Below, in pieces: positions 39,752 to 49,911 of a stretch of 64,000 nucleotides of DNA. The stretch spans positions 1,858 to 65,857 of the forward strand of contig CAZOFD010000005.1 in the NCBI GenBank assembly GCA_964579135.1, in the 5' to 3' direction. The DNA comes from an uncultured Ruminococcus sp. Lineage in GTDB: Bacteria > Bacillota > Clostridia > Oscillospirales > CAG-272. The position numbers and the translations under genes are program-made. The notes under the pieces were generated by a model. The model did no database searches. It saw nothing but the letters and a program-made list of their open reading frames with translations, and had not been told where the DNA came from. How positions within the stretch are numbered: position 1 is the first letter of the stretch; the number at the start of each line of letters is the position of its first letter.

Positions 39752-41398
39752 TCAACCGTTCGTTTGCGCCTCCACAAGGCGTTCGCCGCAGTAGATCTTG
39801 CGCAGGGTCGGCTTTTCTATCTTGCCGGTGGGGTTGCGCGGAACGGAGGCGAAAATTATCTTGCGCGGTCTTTTGTACCTCGGAAGAGCCATACAAAATT
39901 CCGCGATTTCCGCCTCGTCGGCGCAAGCGCCCTCTTTCAGTTCGATAACGGCTGCGGCGATCTCTCCGAGGCGTGCGTCCGGCAGACCGATAACCGCTGC
40001 GTCTTTTATCTTTTCGTTTTCGCGCAGAAAGTCCTCTATCTGTACGGGGTAGATGTTTTCGCCGCCGGTTATGATAACGTCCTTTTTCCTGTCGACAAGG
40101 TATATAAAGCCCTCGTCGTCCTCACGCGCCATATCCCCCGTAAGGAGCCACTCTCCGCGCAGCGCTTCTTTCGTCGCTTCGGGATTTTTGTAATAGCATT
40201 TCATAACGCCGGGACCTGATACCCACAGTTCGCCGACGTCGCCGCGGCGTACGGGGCAGCCGTTTTCGTCGGCTATCATCGTTTTCCACAGATAACCCGC
40301 TTTGCCTATCGCACCCACGTGATCGATATTTTCCGTGCCGAGGTGAACGCAGCCGGGACCTATGGATTCGGAGAGCCCGTAGTTCGTGTCGTATTGATGT
40401 GTGGGAAAAACGGTTTTCCACCGTCTTATAAGGCTCGGCGGAACGGGTTGTGCGCCGACGTGCATCAGCCGCCAAGACGAAAGATCGTATTTTGAAAGAT
40501 CGACGGCGCCGCTTTCCACCGCGTCAAGGATGTCCTGCGCCCACGGTACGAGCAGCCATACTATGGTAGCGCGCTCCTCCGCAACGGTGCGCAGGATCCA
40601 CTCCGGGGTCACTCCGCGCAGCAAAACGGCGCGGCTTGCAGTCATAAGCGAACCGAACCAATGCATTTTCGCACCGGTATGATATAGCGGCGGGATACAA
40701 ACGAAAACGTCGTTGTGCGTTTGCCCGTGGTGCGCCTGCTCGGTGCGGCAGGAGTTGATAAGAGCCGAGTGATCGTGCAGGATCGCTTTCGGGAAGCCGG
40801 TGGTACCCGACGAGAAGTATATCGCGGCAAGGTCCGTCTCGCAAAGAGTTCCCGTCACGTCGGGGCGATGGGCGGGCGCGGCGTTTGCGTTGAAATCGAG
40901 GTCTGCGCAAAAATCTGGACAAACGCCGGGCTCTCCGGCAAAAAACAGCCCGTCGAGCGAGGATAGCGAGGGCAAGATATCGCGTATTCGCCCGATAAAC
41001 TCCTCGCCGAATATCAGCACCGACGAATCCGAAAGGTCAAGACAATATTTTATCTCGTCGGAGGTATAGCGATAATTCATCGGCACCGCGAGAGCGCCGG
41101 ATTTGAGTATGCCGAAGTATATCGGCAACCATTCGATGCAATTCATAAGCAAAAGCGCGACTTTGTCGCCTTTTTTTACCCCGCGAGATACCAAAAAATT
41201 CGCTATTCGGTTTGCGCGAGCATCAAATTCTCCCCAAGTCATCTCAAGGCGAACTCGCGGGTCGTGCCCCTCTTCGTTAAGCGAAAATTCGCGCCATCTT
41301 AGCGCGTTGTCGTCTCGATGCGCCGGGTTTATCTCGACGAGTGCGGTCTCGCCGCCGTACGTTCGTGCGTTCCTTTCGAGGAGATCGGTTATGACCAT
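39752..41398 (-). CDS. AMP-dependent synthetase/ligase (acyl-CoA synthetase family)
   Basis: AMP-binding motif YFSSGTTGFPKA, plus TGDMA and a C-terminal GKIEK lysine. Confidence 0.9.
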   Translation of the reverse strand: MVITDLLERNARTYGGETALVEINPAHRDDNALRWREFSLNEEGHDPRVRLEMTWGEFDARANRIANFLVSRGVKKGDKVALLLMNCIEWLPIYFGILKSGALAVPMNYRYTSDEIKYCLDLSDSSVLIFGEEFIGRIRDILPSLSSLDGLFFAGEPGVCPDFCADLDFNANAAPAHRPDVTGTLCETDLAAIYFSSGTTGFPKAILHDHSALINSCRTEQAHHGQTHNDVFVCIPPLYHTGAKMHWFGSLMTASRAVLLRGVTPEWILRTVAEERATIVWLLVPWAQDILDAVESGAVDLSKYDLSSWRLMHVGAQPVPPSLIRRWKTVFPTHQYDTNYGLSESIGPGCVHLGTENIDHVGAIGKAGYLWKTMIADENGCPVRRGDVGELWVSGPGVMKCYYKNPEATKEALRGEWLLTGDMAREDDEGFIYLVDRKKDVIITGGENIYPVQIEDFLRENEKIKDAAVIGLPDARLGEIAAAVIELKEGACADEAEIAEFCMALPRYKRPRKIIFASVPRNPTGKIEKPTLRKIYCGERLVEAQTNG

Positions 41399-41592
41399 TT
41401 TTCCGTACCATCCGCTTCCTTTAAAGTCGGCTTCCTTTCGGTTTTAAACGGGTGTTCGGTGCCCATATGGCTCCCTTTGCCCGTATTTTTGTTATTTTGT
41501 TGCGTTGCGTTTTGAGTTTGCTTGCGCCGATTCGCATACGCTTGCGTTTGCTTGCGATTTTCGCCTTGCGTCGCACGCAACGACGGATCGCA

Positions 41593-42756
41593 TTATATAT
41601 CGAGCTTTTTCTCGGGTAAAAAATCAACGCCGAGGAGGGCGGCAACGGTCGCTCCGACGCGGTCGAAACCGAGAAACGTTCCGAGATTGCCGCATTTTAA
41701 GCCGTTGCCGATCGCCACAAGCGGAACGTATTCGCGCGTATGGTCGAACGTTGCGGTAAATCGCGGGTCGCACCCGTGGTCGGCGGTGATAAACAGCGCG
41801 TCGTCCGCACTTAGGAGCGGGATAAATTCCCCGAGCCATGCGTCGAATCGTGAGAGGGCGGCGGCATAGCCGTCCGCGTCGCGGCGATGCCCGTATAGCG
41901 TGTCGAAATCGACGAGATTAACGAAGCACAGCCCGTGAAAATCGCGTTTCGCGATTTCCGCGGTAAGCGCCGTCCCTTCGTCGTTGTCGGCGGTGGGGTG
42001 GCTTTCGCTAAGTGAGCGACCGGCAAAAATATCTCCGATCTTACCGACGCCGATGCAGTCGAGTCCCGCCTCGCACAGTGCGTCGAGCAGGGTTTTGCCG
42101 GGCGGCTCGAGCGCAAAGTCGTGCCTGCCTGCGGTGCGGTAATAATTGCCCGGGCAACCCGCAAAAGGGCGAGCGATAACCCGACCGACGGCGTGTTCGC
42201 CGCAAAGGATCTCGCGCGCCGTGCGGCAAAGCGAGTAAAGCTCGTCGAGCGGTATCACGTCGCGATGTGCGGCTATCTGAAAAACGCTGTCGGCAGAGGT
42301 ATAAACGATCGGCTTTCCCGTTGCCGTATGTTCCTCGCCGAAATCGTTTATAACGGCAGTGCCCGAATACGGCTTGTTGCAGAGCACGCCCTTTTTTATC
42401 CTTGCGCAAAACGCGTCGATCACCTCGGGCGGGAATCCGTCGTGGTAAGTCGGCGGCGGCAGCGAACTGCGTATTCCCACGATCTCGCGGTGCCCTGTCA
42501 GCGTGTCTTTGCCCGCGGACACCTCACGCAAGCGACAAAGTGCGGCGTGCGGTACGTCGCTTTTTTTGCGCGGAAGATAGTCGCAGCCGTCCGTTGCCCA
42601 AAGCCCCGCTTTGAGCAGATTCGGTATACGAAACGCCTCGGAGCGCGAGATACTTTTGAGGGTGTCTGCGCCGCAGTCTCCGTAAGCGGCGCTGTCGGGA
42701 GATTGACCTATTCCGAGGCTGTCGAGAACTATTAAAAATATCCTTTTTTTATACAT
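41593..42756 (-). CDS. deoB: phosphopentomutase
   Basis: IVLDSLGIG at the N-terminus and ITADHGCDP near the C-terminus. 387 aa. Confidence 0.92.
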   Translation of the reverse strand: MYKKRIFLIVLDSLGIGQSPDSAAYGDCGADTLKSISRSEAFRIPNLLKAGLWATDGCDYLPRKKSDVPHAALCRLREVSAGKDTLTGHREIVGIRSSLPPPTYHDGFPPEVIDAFCARIKKGVLCNKPYSGTAVINDFGEEHTATGKPIVYTSADSVFQIAAHRDVIPLDELYSLCRTAREILCGEHAVGRVIARPFAGCPGNYYRTAGRHDFALEPPGKTLLDALCEAGLDCIGVGKIGDIFAGRSLSESHPTADNDEGTALTAEIAKRDFHGLCFVNLVDFDTLYGHRRDADGYAAALSRFDAWLGEFIPLLSADDALFITADHGCDPRFTATFDHTREYVPLVAIGNGLKCGNLGTFLGFDRVGATVAALLGVDFLPEKKLDI

Positions 42757-42781
42757 TTTCGTTACCCGAAGGATCGCGGAT

Positions 42782-43408
42782 TTAAGCGTTGCGGCTTTCT
42801 ATTACGTACACGCCGCCTTTTTTTACTTCTATCAGTGCGCAGTTGCCGGTTATTACGTTGCTTACGGCAAATTGGTGCGCGCGATACAGCGTGGCGTTTT
42901 TTAGCGGATATTTGCAACCGTGCAGTGTAACGCCCTTGACTTTTTCGTCAGCCGCCAAAACGGAGATATAGTCGAAGTCGCTTTTTCCTATCAGTTCCGA
43001 GGAAGAGCGCAAAAAGCGCACACGCGAGCCCCCGTCCGTCATAACGGCGCGAACGCCGAGCGAAAGGAGCCTTTCCGTCAACGCGAAAGACGAGATAGTG
43101 TGGTCGAGCCTGCCCGAAAGCCCGCCGATGACGACGATATCCCGCGCACCCTCGTCAAGTGCGATCTGCACGGCGGCTTGCGCGTCGGTCACGCCTTTTT
43201 CGCAGGGAAGTTTTATCACTTGCGCGTCGCTCGGGATCTCGCACTCGGGCATAGAGTCGAAATCTCCGACGACGACGCTCGGTTTTACGCCGAGTTTTTC
43301 GGCGTTTTTATATCCCGAATCGGCGGCGACGACGAGGTCTCCCTTTTCGGGGCTGCATTTTATGTATTGCGGAAAGATCTCTCCGCCGGTAAATACGTAA
43401 GCTCTCAT
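42782..43408 (-). CDS. thiN: thiamine pyrophosphokinase
   Basis: MRAYVFTGGEI..., VVGDFDSM. ATG 43408 behind GGAGA. The longer track ORF overlaps rsgA. Confidence 0.85.
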   Translation of the reverse strand: MRAYVFTGGEIFPQYIKCSPEKGDLVVAADSGYKNAEKLGVKPSVVVGDFDSMPECEIPSDAQVIKLPCEKGVTDAQAAVQIALDEGARDIVVIGGLSGRLDHTISSFALTERLLSLGVRAVMTDGGSRVRFLRSSSELIGKSDFDYISVLAADEKVKGVTLHGCKYPLKNATLYRAHQFAVSNVITGNCALIEVKKGGVYVIESRNA

Positions 43409-43437
43409 TTCTCCAAAACTCGGTGCGATTTTGCGTT

Positions 43438-44466
43438 TCAACCGCGACCGTTCTTTTTCCATTTCGGTTTTGTGCGCAGTGCGGCAAGCATAGAAAGATA
43501 GCTTGCGTGGCGCGAGCGCGAAACGTCGCCTCTTTCGAGAGCGGCAAGGATCTTGCAGCCGTCTTCTTTCGTGTGCGAGCAGTCGGGATAACGGCACTGC
43601 CCCGGGCAGGCTTCGAATTCGCGCATAGACGAAGCGAGCGCCTCAAGCGGCAAAAAATCGAAGTTTTCGAAGTCTACGAGCGAAAATCCCGGCGTATCGG
43701 CGAAAAATCCTCCGCCTACGGGGAACAGCTCGACTTGCCTTGTCGTATGTCGCCCTCTCTCCGTTTTGCGGCTGACCTCGCCCGAGGTCAATTGCAGGTG
43801 CGGAAATATCGAATTCATCAGCGTCGATTTACCCGCGCCCGAGGCTCCCGCGAAAGCGGCAACGCGCCCGCAAAGCTTTTCCCGAACAAAGTCTGCGAAA
43901 GGCTCGACCCCCTCTCCCGTTTTGCACGAGAGGACGAAAGTCGGATAATAAGCGGAGAGGTATATCTGCCGCAGTTCCTCCGCGCGAGCTCTGTCAAGCT
44001 CGCATTTTCCTATGATTATCGCACATTCGATCCCTCGATATTCCGCCGCGCAAAGAATCCTGTCGATGGTATCCGCGGCAGGGGCGGGCGAAGCGGCGGC
44101 GCAGGCAACGAAAAGCAAATCGAGGTTTGCCATCGGCGGTCGTATAAGAGAATTTTTGCGAGGTAATGTCGTCTCTATTGCCGCCTCCGGCACTCCCGAG
44201 GGGTCTTTTTTCGGCTCGACCCCGTTTTCGGTGCGGATAAACGACGCGTCCGTGTACGATATAACGACGTCGTCTCCCGCAAGCAGCCGTCCGTCGCTTT
44301 TACTTGCGGCGCGCGCGCGGCAATTCAAGGTCTGCCCCGCGAGCGGCGATGCGGCGGAAAGGCGCCCGTCTTTTGCCGCATCCGTGTGGCGCGCCTCGTC
44401 AACGGCGGAAACGGTGTACAGCCCTCCGACTCCGCGCAATATTTTTGCATAAGTTTTGTATTCCAT
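43438..44466 (-). CDS. rsgA: ribosome small-subunit biogenesis GTPase RsgA
   Basis: FAGASGAGKSTLMNSI and a C-terminal zinc knuckle C..GQCRYPDCSH. ATG 44466 lies 1 nt after the prkC stop. Confidence 0.9.
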   Translation of the reverse strand: MEYKTYAKILRGVGGLYTVSAVDEARHTDAAKDGRLSAASPLAGQTLNCRARAASKSDGRLLAGDDVVISYTDASFIRTENGVEPKKDPSGVPEAAIETTLPRKNSLIRPPMANLDLLFVACAAASPAPAADTIDRILCAAEYRGIECAIIIGKCELDRARAEELRQIYLSAYYPTFVLSCKTGEGVEPFADFVREKLCGRVAAFAGASGAGKSTLMNSIFPHLQLTSGEVSRKTERGRHTTRQVELFPVGGGFFADTPGFSLVDFENFDFLPLEALASSMREFEACPGQCRYPDCSHTKEDGCKILAALERGDVSRSRHASYLSMLAALRTKPKWKKNGRG

Positions 44467-44467
44467 A

Positions 44468-46636
44468 TCAGTGCGTCGGTGTGTGTGTGTTTCGACGGAT
44501 GCTTTCGTCGTCACCGCCGAGGTAGGGCACCATACCGCTCGCCGTTTCTTCGTTGCCGAGGCTGACCGTAAGTTCGACGTATAGACTGTCGACGCCGGTG
44601 TAGAGCACCTCGGAGCCGTTCGGCGATTGCGCGACAACGGTGCCTGCGGGCAACGCGCTTGCAATATACGTGATTTTACCGACGGTAAGACCCGCGTGCT
44701 CGAGTACGGCGCGCGCGTTTTCGACGTTGTAGTTCAGTACGGAGGGTACAGTGACCGGGTTGCCGCGGTAGTCGCTGCCGCCGCTGACGGTCAACGTAAC
44801 GTTGCCGCCGCTTGCTTTGACCTCTTCAAGCGTTTCGGGCGACTGCTTTAAAACGCGCGATACTTCGACGTCGCTCCTTACGGTTACGACGGTAACGGTA
44901 AGGCTGTGATTTTTAAGAATATTTACGGCTTCGTTTTCGGTAAGACCGACAACGTAAGGGTATACCGCTATCTCCCCCGTTTCGCCGCGACTTATAACGA
45001 GTTCGATGCGCGACGTCATCGGGTCGACGTCGGAGCCCGCTTCGAGCGATTGCGATATAATCGTGCCCACGGGCAGGGGCGAGCGCGTGTAGGTTACGGT
45101 GCCCCAATCGAGCCCGACTTGTTCAAGCAGCTTTTTCGCTTCGCTTTCGGTTTTGAGCTCGAGCGAGGGAACGGTAACGGTTTCGTCCTCGGTTCTGCGA
45201 CTGACGTACAGCGTGACGGTGCTGCCGACGGGCACTGAGGCTCCGGCTGAGGGTTCGGTATATATAACGAGTCCGCGCGGGACGGTCGTATATTCGACGT
45301 ATTCGACTTTTACCGCGAATTTGCGCGCTCTGAGCTCGGTTTGCGCCTGTCTGTATTCGACAACGGTATAGTCGTCGAGAACCACGGTCTCCTCTCCGAG
45401 GCTGACAGTCAAAGTGACGCTGCACGGTATTCTTCGCGAGGCGTTGCCTTGCGGAGTTTGAGACATTATAACGCCGGCGGGGACGTCGCTTGAGTATACG
45501 TATTCGACGGTAACGGAAAATCTCGAGTCAAAGCCGAGTTCGGCGACGGAATTTTCGCCCACGTAGGTCGCGCCGACGACGCTCGGCACCTTAACGCTTT
45601 CACTTTTTATACCGATTATGCTGAGGTTGTCGAGCACGTAAAATCCCGCTACGAGCCCCACGAAGAGCAATGCGAACGAAACGCCGAGAACTATCGGAAT
45701 AAACGAGCGGCTCGCGGGATTTTGCTTGCGGTTCTTTTCCGATCGCTTTATTTTGGCGAGCTTTTTCGGAGAGGTGACCGCGGCAAATCTGTTACGTCGC
45801 AGCTTCCTCAGCTCGACAAACATATCGGTTGCGGTCTGATATCTGTTTTGCGGGTCTTTTTCCATCGCGTAAAGGATAAATTGCTCAAGCCCGCGCGGGA
45901 TCGAGCGATTCAGCCTTTTCGGCGGAACGGGGGCGTCGTGTATATGCATCATTACGACGGACACGGGACGCTCGTCGTCAAAAGGCAGGGTACCGGTCGC
46001 CATTTCGTAAAGCATAACGCCGAGCGAATAGAGGTCGGCACGCGAGTCGGACGGTTTGCCCTCGCCTTGTTCGGGGCTGATGTAGTATACCGTTCCTATG
46101 GCACTGTCGGATATCGTGGCGGCGTCGCTGCCCTCGGGCAACTGCGCGATCCCGAAATCGGTTACTTTGATGTAACCGCCTTTCAGAAGCATAATGTTTT
46201 GCGGTTTGATATCTCTGTGTATTATACCTTTCGAGTGCGCGTGGTCGAGGGCGGAGAGGATCTGCTCGGTAAAAGACACTATCTCGGAGAACGAGAGCAC
46301 GTCGCGCTTGTCCATATACTCTCGCAGAGATATACCGTCGATATATTCCATAACGATATACTTGTATTCCCCGTTGAACGACACGTCGCGTATTCCGACG
46401 ATGTTCGGGTGCGAGAGCATCGAGACCGCTTTGGACTCGTTGACGAAGCGGCGGCACGCCTCTTCGTCGTTGGCTGCCTCTTCGTTAAGCAGTTTCAGCG
46501 CGACGACGGATCCGTCGGAAAGATCGGTCGCGCGGAAAACGGCAGCCATTCCCCCGACCCCGAGAAGCTGGTCGATACGATATTTGCCGTCAAACGTTAA
46601 TCCGACGAGTTTTATATATTTATCTACGTTGTTCAT
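44468..46636 (-). CDS. prkC: Ser/Thr protein kinase with five PASTA domains
   Basis: HRDIKPQN and DFG motifs, one TM helix, five extracellular repeats of about 65 aa. Confidence 0.93.
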   Translation of the reverse strand: MNNVDKYIKLVGLTFDGKYRIDQLLGVGGMAAVFRATDLSDGSVVALKLLNEEAANDEEACRRFVNESKAVSMLSHPNIVGIRDVSFNGEYKYIVMEYIDGISLREYMDKRDVLSFSEIVSFTEQILSALDHAHSKGIIHRDIKPQNIMLLKGGYIKVTDFGIAQLPEGSDAATISDSAIGTVYYISPEQGEGKPSDSRADLYSLGVMLYEMATGTLPFDDERPVSVVMMHIHDAPVPPKRLNRSIPRGLEQFILYAMEKDPQNRYQTATDMFVELRKLRRNRFAAVTSPKKLAKIKRSEKNRKQNPASRSFIPIVLGVSFALLFVGLVAGFYVLDNLSIIGIKSESVKVPSVVGATYVGENSVAELGFDSRFSVTVEYVYSSDVPAGVIMSQTPQGNASRRIPCSVTLTVSLGEETVVLDDYTVVEYRQAQTELRARKFAVKVEYVEYTTVPRGLVIYTEPSAGASVPVGSTVTLYVSRRTEDETVTVPSLELKTESEAKKLLEQVGLDWGTVTYTRSPLPVGTIISQSLEAGSDVDPMTSRIELVISRGETGEIAVYPYVVGLTENEAVNILKNHSLTVTVVTVRSDVEVSRVLKQSPETLEEVKASGGNVTLTVSGGSDYRGNPVTVPSVLNYNVENARAVLEHAGLTVGKITYIASALPAGTVVAQSPNGSEVLYTGVDSLYVELTVSLGNEETASGMVPYLGGDDESIRRNTHTPTH

Positions 46637-46671
46637 AGTTATAGTATTCTATCTCAAGTTCCGTGGTATTC

Positions 46672-47448
46672 TCAAAGATCGACGATGATAATGGTAACGT
46701 TATCGGCGCCGCCGGCTTCGTTTGCTTCGCGCACGAGCTTTTCCACCCTTGCTTCGATGGGTAACGCTTCGCTTACGATATTGCAGATAACGGTGTCGTC
46801 GAGCATTCCCGACAGCCCGTCGGAGCAGAGCAGATAAGAGTGGAGCTCGCCCTCCGCGGACGGAGTTGCGTCCACCGATATTATGTCCGCGCAGATGTCT
46901 TCGTCCGAGCCTATTGCACGCGTGATAACGTTTTTGATCGGAGAATTTTTTGCCTCCTCGGCAGAAAGCTTTCCTATGTCTATAAGGTGCTGAACGTACG
47001 AGTGATCGCGTGAGATTTGGCGGATAGTGCCGTTTTTGATCTCGTACGCGCGGCTGTCTCCGATGTTTAGGCAAAAAGCGTCTTTGCCGTCGACTATCAG
47101 CATAGCAACGAGAGTCGTGCCCATTCCGTCAAGGCTGCCGTCGAATTTTTCATCGGCTTCGCGCAGAACGGCGCTGTTGGCGTCGCGTGCGGAATGAGCC
47201 AGTGCGCGGCGCAGATTTTGCGGTGACAGATCGAGCGGTTGGTCCGAAAAATCGGGCGTCAATCTTTCCCGAACGCCGTCGGAAAAGGCTTCTATCGCGG
47301 TTTCCGCGGCACGCGCGCCGCCGCGCGCACCGCCCATACCGTCGCATACGACGAGCAGCGTTACGCCGGGGTGAATCGCGTATATTCCGAAGCGGTCTTG
47401 ATTTTCATACCGCTGCATACCAATATCCGTCTTTCCGTAAAATTTCAT
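46672..47448 (-). CDS. prpC: PP2C-family Ser/Thr phosphatase
   Basis: VCDGMGGARGG and GGADNVT. Directly upstream of prkC. Confidence 0.92.
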   Translation of the reverse strand: MKFYGKTDIGMQRYENQDRFGIYAIHPGVTLLVVCDGMGGARGGARAAETAIEAFSDGVRERLTPDFSDQPLDLSPQNLRRALAHSARDANSAVLREADEKFDGSLDGMGTTLVAMLIVDGKDAFCLNIGDSRAYEIKNGTIRQISRDHSYVQHLIDIGKLSAEEAKNSPIKNVITRAIGSDEDICADIISVDATPSAEGELHSYLLCSDGLSGMLDDTVICNIVSEALPIEARVEKLVREANEAGGADNVTIIIVDL

Positions 47449-47502
47449 TTTTTACCGTTTGCTCCTCTGCTATGAGCGTTTTTCGTTTTTTCGATCTTGC
47501 GT

Positions 47503-48573
47503 TTATTCCCGATCTTGATCTTTATCCATCGCAGCCCGGCGCAGTTGCCCGCACGAGGCGTTTATATCGGGTCCGAGCGTTCGCCGCACGGTCGCGCGTA
47601 TTCCGCGCCGTTCGAGTTCGGCGGCAAAATTCGCGATATCGCCTCGACTCGGAGGCGTAAGTCCCGTCTCTTTAACCGGGTTGACGGGGATGAGGTTGAC
47701 GTGTATCGGGAACGATTCGCCGCGGCGTCGCATAGCTCCGTTTAGGAGCGAGGCAAGTGCGCGCGCGTCGGAAACGGCGGAGTTTTCGCCCGATATCAAC
47801 GTATATTCGAAAGACATTCGTCTACCGCACTCAAGGCAGTATTCGCGGCAGGCGCTCAAAAGTTCGTCAAGCCCCCAACGGCGGTTAACGGGCATAATCC
47901 TGCTCCTCGCTTCGTCGTTGTGCGCGTGAAGCGAAAGCGAAAGCGTTATGGGCAGTCGCTCCGCGGCGAGTTTGCGTATTCCGTCTACGTGCCCGCAGGT
48001 CGAAAGTGAGATGTGGCGATATCCTATACGTATACCGCGCGGGTCGTTGACGAGGCGAAGAAATTTAAGAACGTTGTCGAAATTATCGAGAGGCTCGCCG
48101 ATTCCCATCATAACGACGTTGTCGATGCGCTCGCCGCTGTCGGCGGAGGCGGCGACCACCTGCCCCAAAATCTCGCCGGCACCGAGGTCGCGTATCTTGC
48201 CGCCGATGGTCGAGGCGCAAAACGCGCACCCCATTCGACAACCTACCTGAGACGATATGCACAGGGTGTTCCCGTGGCGATAGCGCATAAGCACGCTTTC
48301 TATGCAGTTGCCGTCGTACAGACGAAAAAGATATTTTACGGTGCCGTCGATCTTGCTCGTCAACTTCGTTTCGACCTTTGGCAAACGAAAAGGAACTGCG
48401 TTTGTGAGTTTGTCCGCGGTCTTTTTCGATATATTCGACATTTTTTGCGGAGAGATGCCGCGGTGCAACGCGGGGAATATTTGCCCTGCGCGGTATCTCG
48501 GCTCGCCGAGCTCCGTGAGCAGTTCGGATAATTCTTCGAACGAGAGGGAAAGCAGGTCTTTATCTGTTGTCAT
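47503..48573 (-). CDS. rlmN: 23S rRNA/tRNA (adenine-C2)-methyltransferase RlmN
   Basis: Radical-SAM GCRMGCAFC. Start at MTTDKDLL (ATG 48573), 5 nt after the rsmB stop. The track ORF is extended 199 codons into rsmB in another frame. Confidence 0.92.
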   Translation of the reverse strand: MTTDKDLLSLSFEELSELLTELGEPRYRAGQIFPALHRGISPQKMSNISKKTADKLTNAVPFRLPKVETKLTSKIDGTVKYLFRLYDGNCIESVLMRYRHGNTLCISSQVGCRMGCAFCASTIGGKIRDLGAGEILGQVVAASADSGERIDNVVMMGIGEPLDNFDNVLKFLRLVNDPRGIRIGYRHISLSTCGHVDGIRKLAAERLPITLSLSLHAHNDEARSRIMPVNRRWGLDELLSACREYCLECGRRMSFEYTLISGENSAVSDARALASLLNGAMRRRGESFPIHVNLIPVNPVKETGLTPPSRGDIANFAAELERRGIRATVRRTLGPDINASCGQLRRAAMDKDQDRE

Positions 48574-48578
48574 ATCCG

Positions 48579-49898
48579 TTAAGCCTTTTTGGTGAGTTTT
48601 GCAATAAAAAATCCGTCGGCGCCGTGAACGTCGGGCGTGAGCGTTATTTGACCGTCGCAACTCAACTCTCCGACCGTGAAAGGAGTGAGAGAAAAGTTTT
48701 CGTGACGGGCAAGAAAATCCGCCACGACGTCTTCGTTCTCGCGCTTCAGCAAAGTGCAGGTCGAATAAACGAGGCAGGAGCCGACGGCAAGCGCACGGCT
48801 CGCGGATTCGAGTATGGCGCGTTGCGTTTGCGGCAACGATGACGTCGCGTTCGGCGACCGATACCTTATCTCGGGTTTTTTCGATATCACTCCGAAGCCG
48901 GAACACGGCACGTCGCAAAGAACGCGATCGAAACGCCCGTCGAATTCGGCGCAGCGTATCGACGAATCGCGCTCGCGGGTCTTTATAACGTTTATGCCGA
49001 GCTTTTTCGCGCCGCGTTCGATCAGCGGCAATTTCGACGCGTGCAGATCGCAGGCGACTATCTCGCCTTTGTTTTGCATCATCAGCGCCGACGAAAAGGT
49101 TTTTGTTCCCGGGCACGAGCAAACGTCGAGCATAGCGTTGCCCGGGGCGGGGGCGAGTGCGCAAACGCATATCTGCGACGCCTCGTCTTGTACGAAACAG
49201 AGCCCCTCGTCTATTTCCCCGGGCAGACCCGCGCCGGGCGCGAGCCTGAGACCGAAAGGCGAAAAACGCGTTTTTTCGGCGGATATGCCGCGCTCGGCAA
49301 GGCGCGATGCCAATTCGTCGCGACTTATGCGCTCGGTGTTTACGCGCAGGGTCAGTCTGTTCTCGCGTTCAAACGACGCGAGCAAACGGGCTGTCCGTTC
49401 GCTGCCGAAGTCGGATATAAGAGCGCGAACAAGGTCTCCGTTTACCGAATATTTAATAGAAAGGAAGGAAATTTCGTTTTTGCGGGGGATCTCTATCTCG
49501 CTTCCACGACGTATGTATTCGCGCAAGACCGCGTTTACGAACCCCCGACAAGATGGTCGCGCGAGGGCTACCGTTTCGTTTACCGCGGCGTGAGTCGGTA
49601 TCTTGTCCGCATAAGCAAGCTGATATATGCCGAGCATTATCGTCAAAAGCACGTCTCGGTCGAGTTTTCGCACGTTTCTGTCCGTCAGGCGGGAAGCGAC
49701 GTATTCGAGCGTAAGGTAACGTTCCGCCACGCCGCAAACGAGGCGGTTCATAAGCGCACGGTCGGCGCCTTCGATGCCGGTGCGTTTTACCGCGGCGTCC
49801 GTTAAAATGTTGGAATATCCGCCGTCCCCGCCGTCAAACGACATTTTGAGAAGAACGTCGAGCGCAAGGCGGCGCGGATTCGCTTGTTTTTTGCTCAT
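48579..49898 (-). CDS. rsmB: 16S rRNA (cytosine967-C5)-methyltransferase
   Basis: NusB-like N-terminus. DVCSCPGTKT, DVPCSGFGV and YSTCT. Confidence 0.9.
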   Translation of the reverse strand: MSKKQANPRRLALDVLLKMSFDGGDGGYSNILTDAAVKRTGIEGADRALMNRLVCGVAERYLTLEYVASRLTDRNVRKLDRDVLLTIMLGIYQLAYADKIPTHAAVNETVALARPSCRGFVNAVLREYIRRGSEIEIPRKNEISFLSIKYSVNGDLVRALISDFGSERTARLLASFERENRLTLRVNTERISRDELASRLAERGISAEKTRFSPFGLRLAPGAGLPGEIDEGLCFVQDEASQICVCALAPAPGNAMLDVCSCPGTKTFSSALMMQNKGEIVACDLHASKLPLIERGAKKLGINVIKTRERDSSIRCAEFDGRFDRVLCDVPCSGFGVISKKPEIRYRSPNATSSLPQTQRAILESASRALAVGSCLVYSTCTLLKRENEDVVADFLARHENFSLTPFTVGELSCDGQITLTPDVHGADGFFIAKLTKKA

Positions 49899-49911
49899 AT
49901 TGCGAAAAGCC

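Noticed and set aside
33509-41592. Possible genomic island integrated at tRNA-Ser (GNAT, two ABC genes, acyl-CoA synthetase).
   Set aside because: There is no integrase or other mobility gene inside it. I found no direct repeat of the tRNA 3' end downstream. There is no obvious composition break. The Xer-like recombinase is upstream of the tRNA and separated from it by two unrelated genes.
47503-49170. Long N-terminally extended versions of real genes in the ORF track: rlmN to 49170, rsgA to 44664, TPK to 43597, queA to 26654, dapA from 26488, deoD from 18413, TetR from 19220.
   Set aside because: The extensions are Arg-rich nonsense. They overlap the upstream gene or a promoter. An internal ATG with a good Shine-Dalgarno coincides with the conserved N-terminus of each family.
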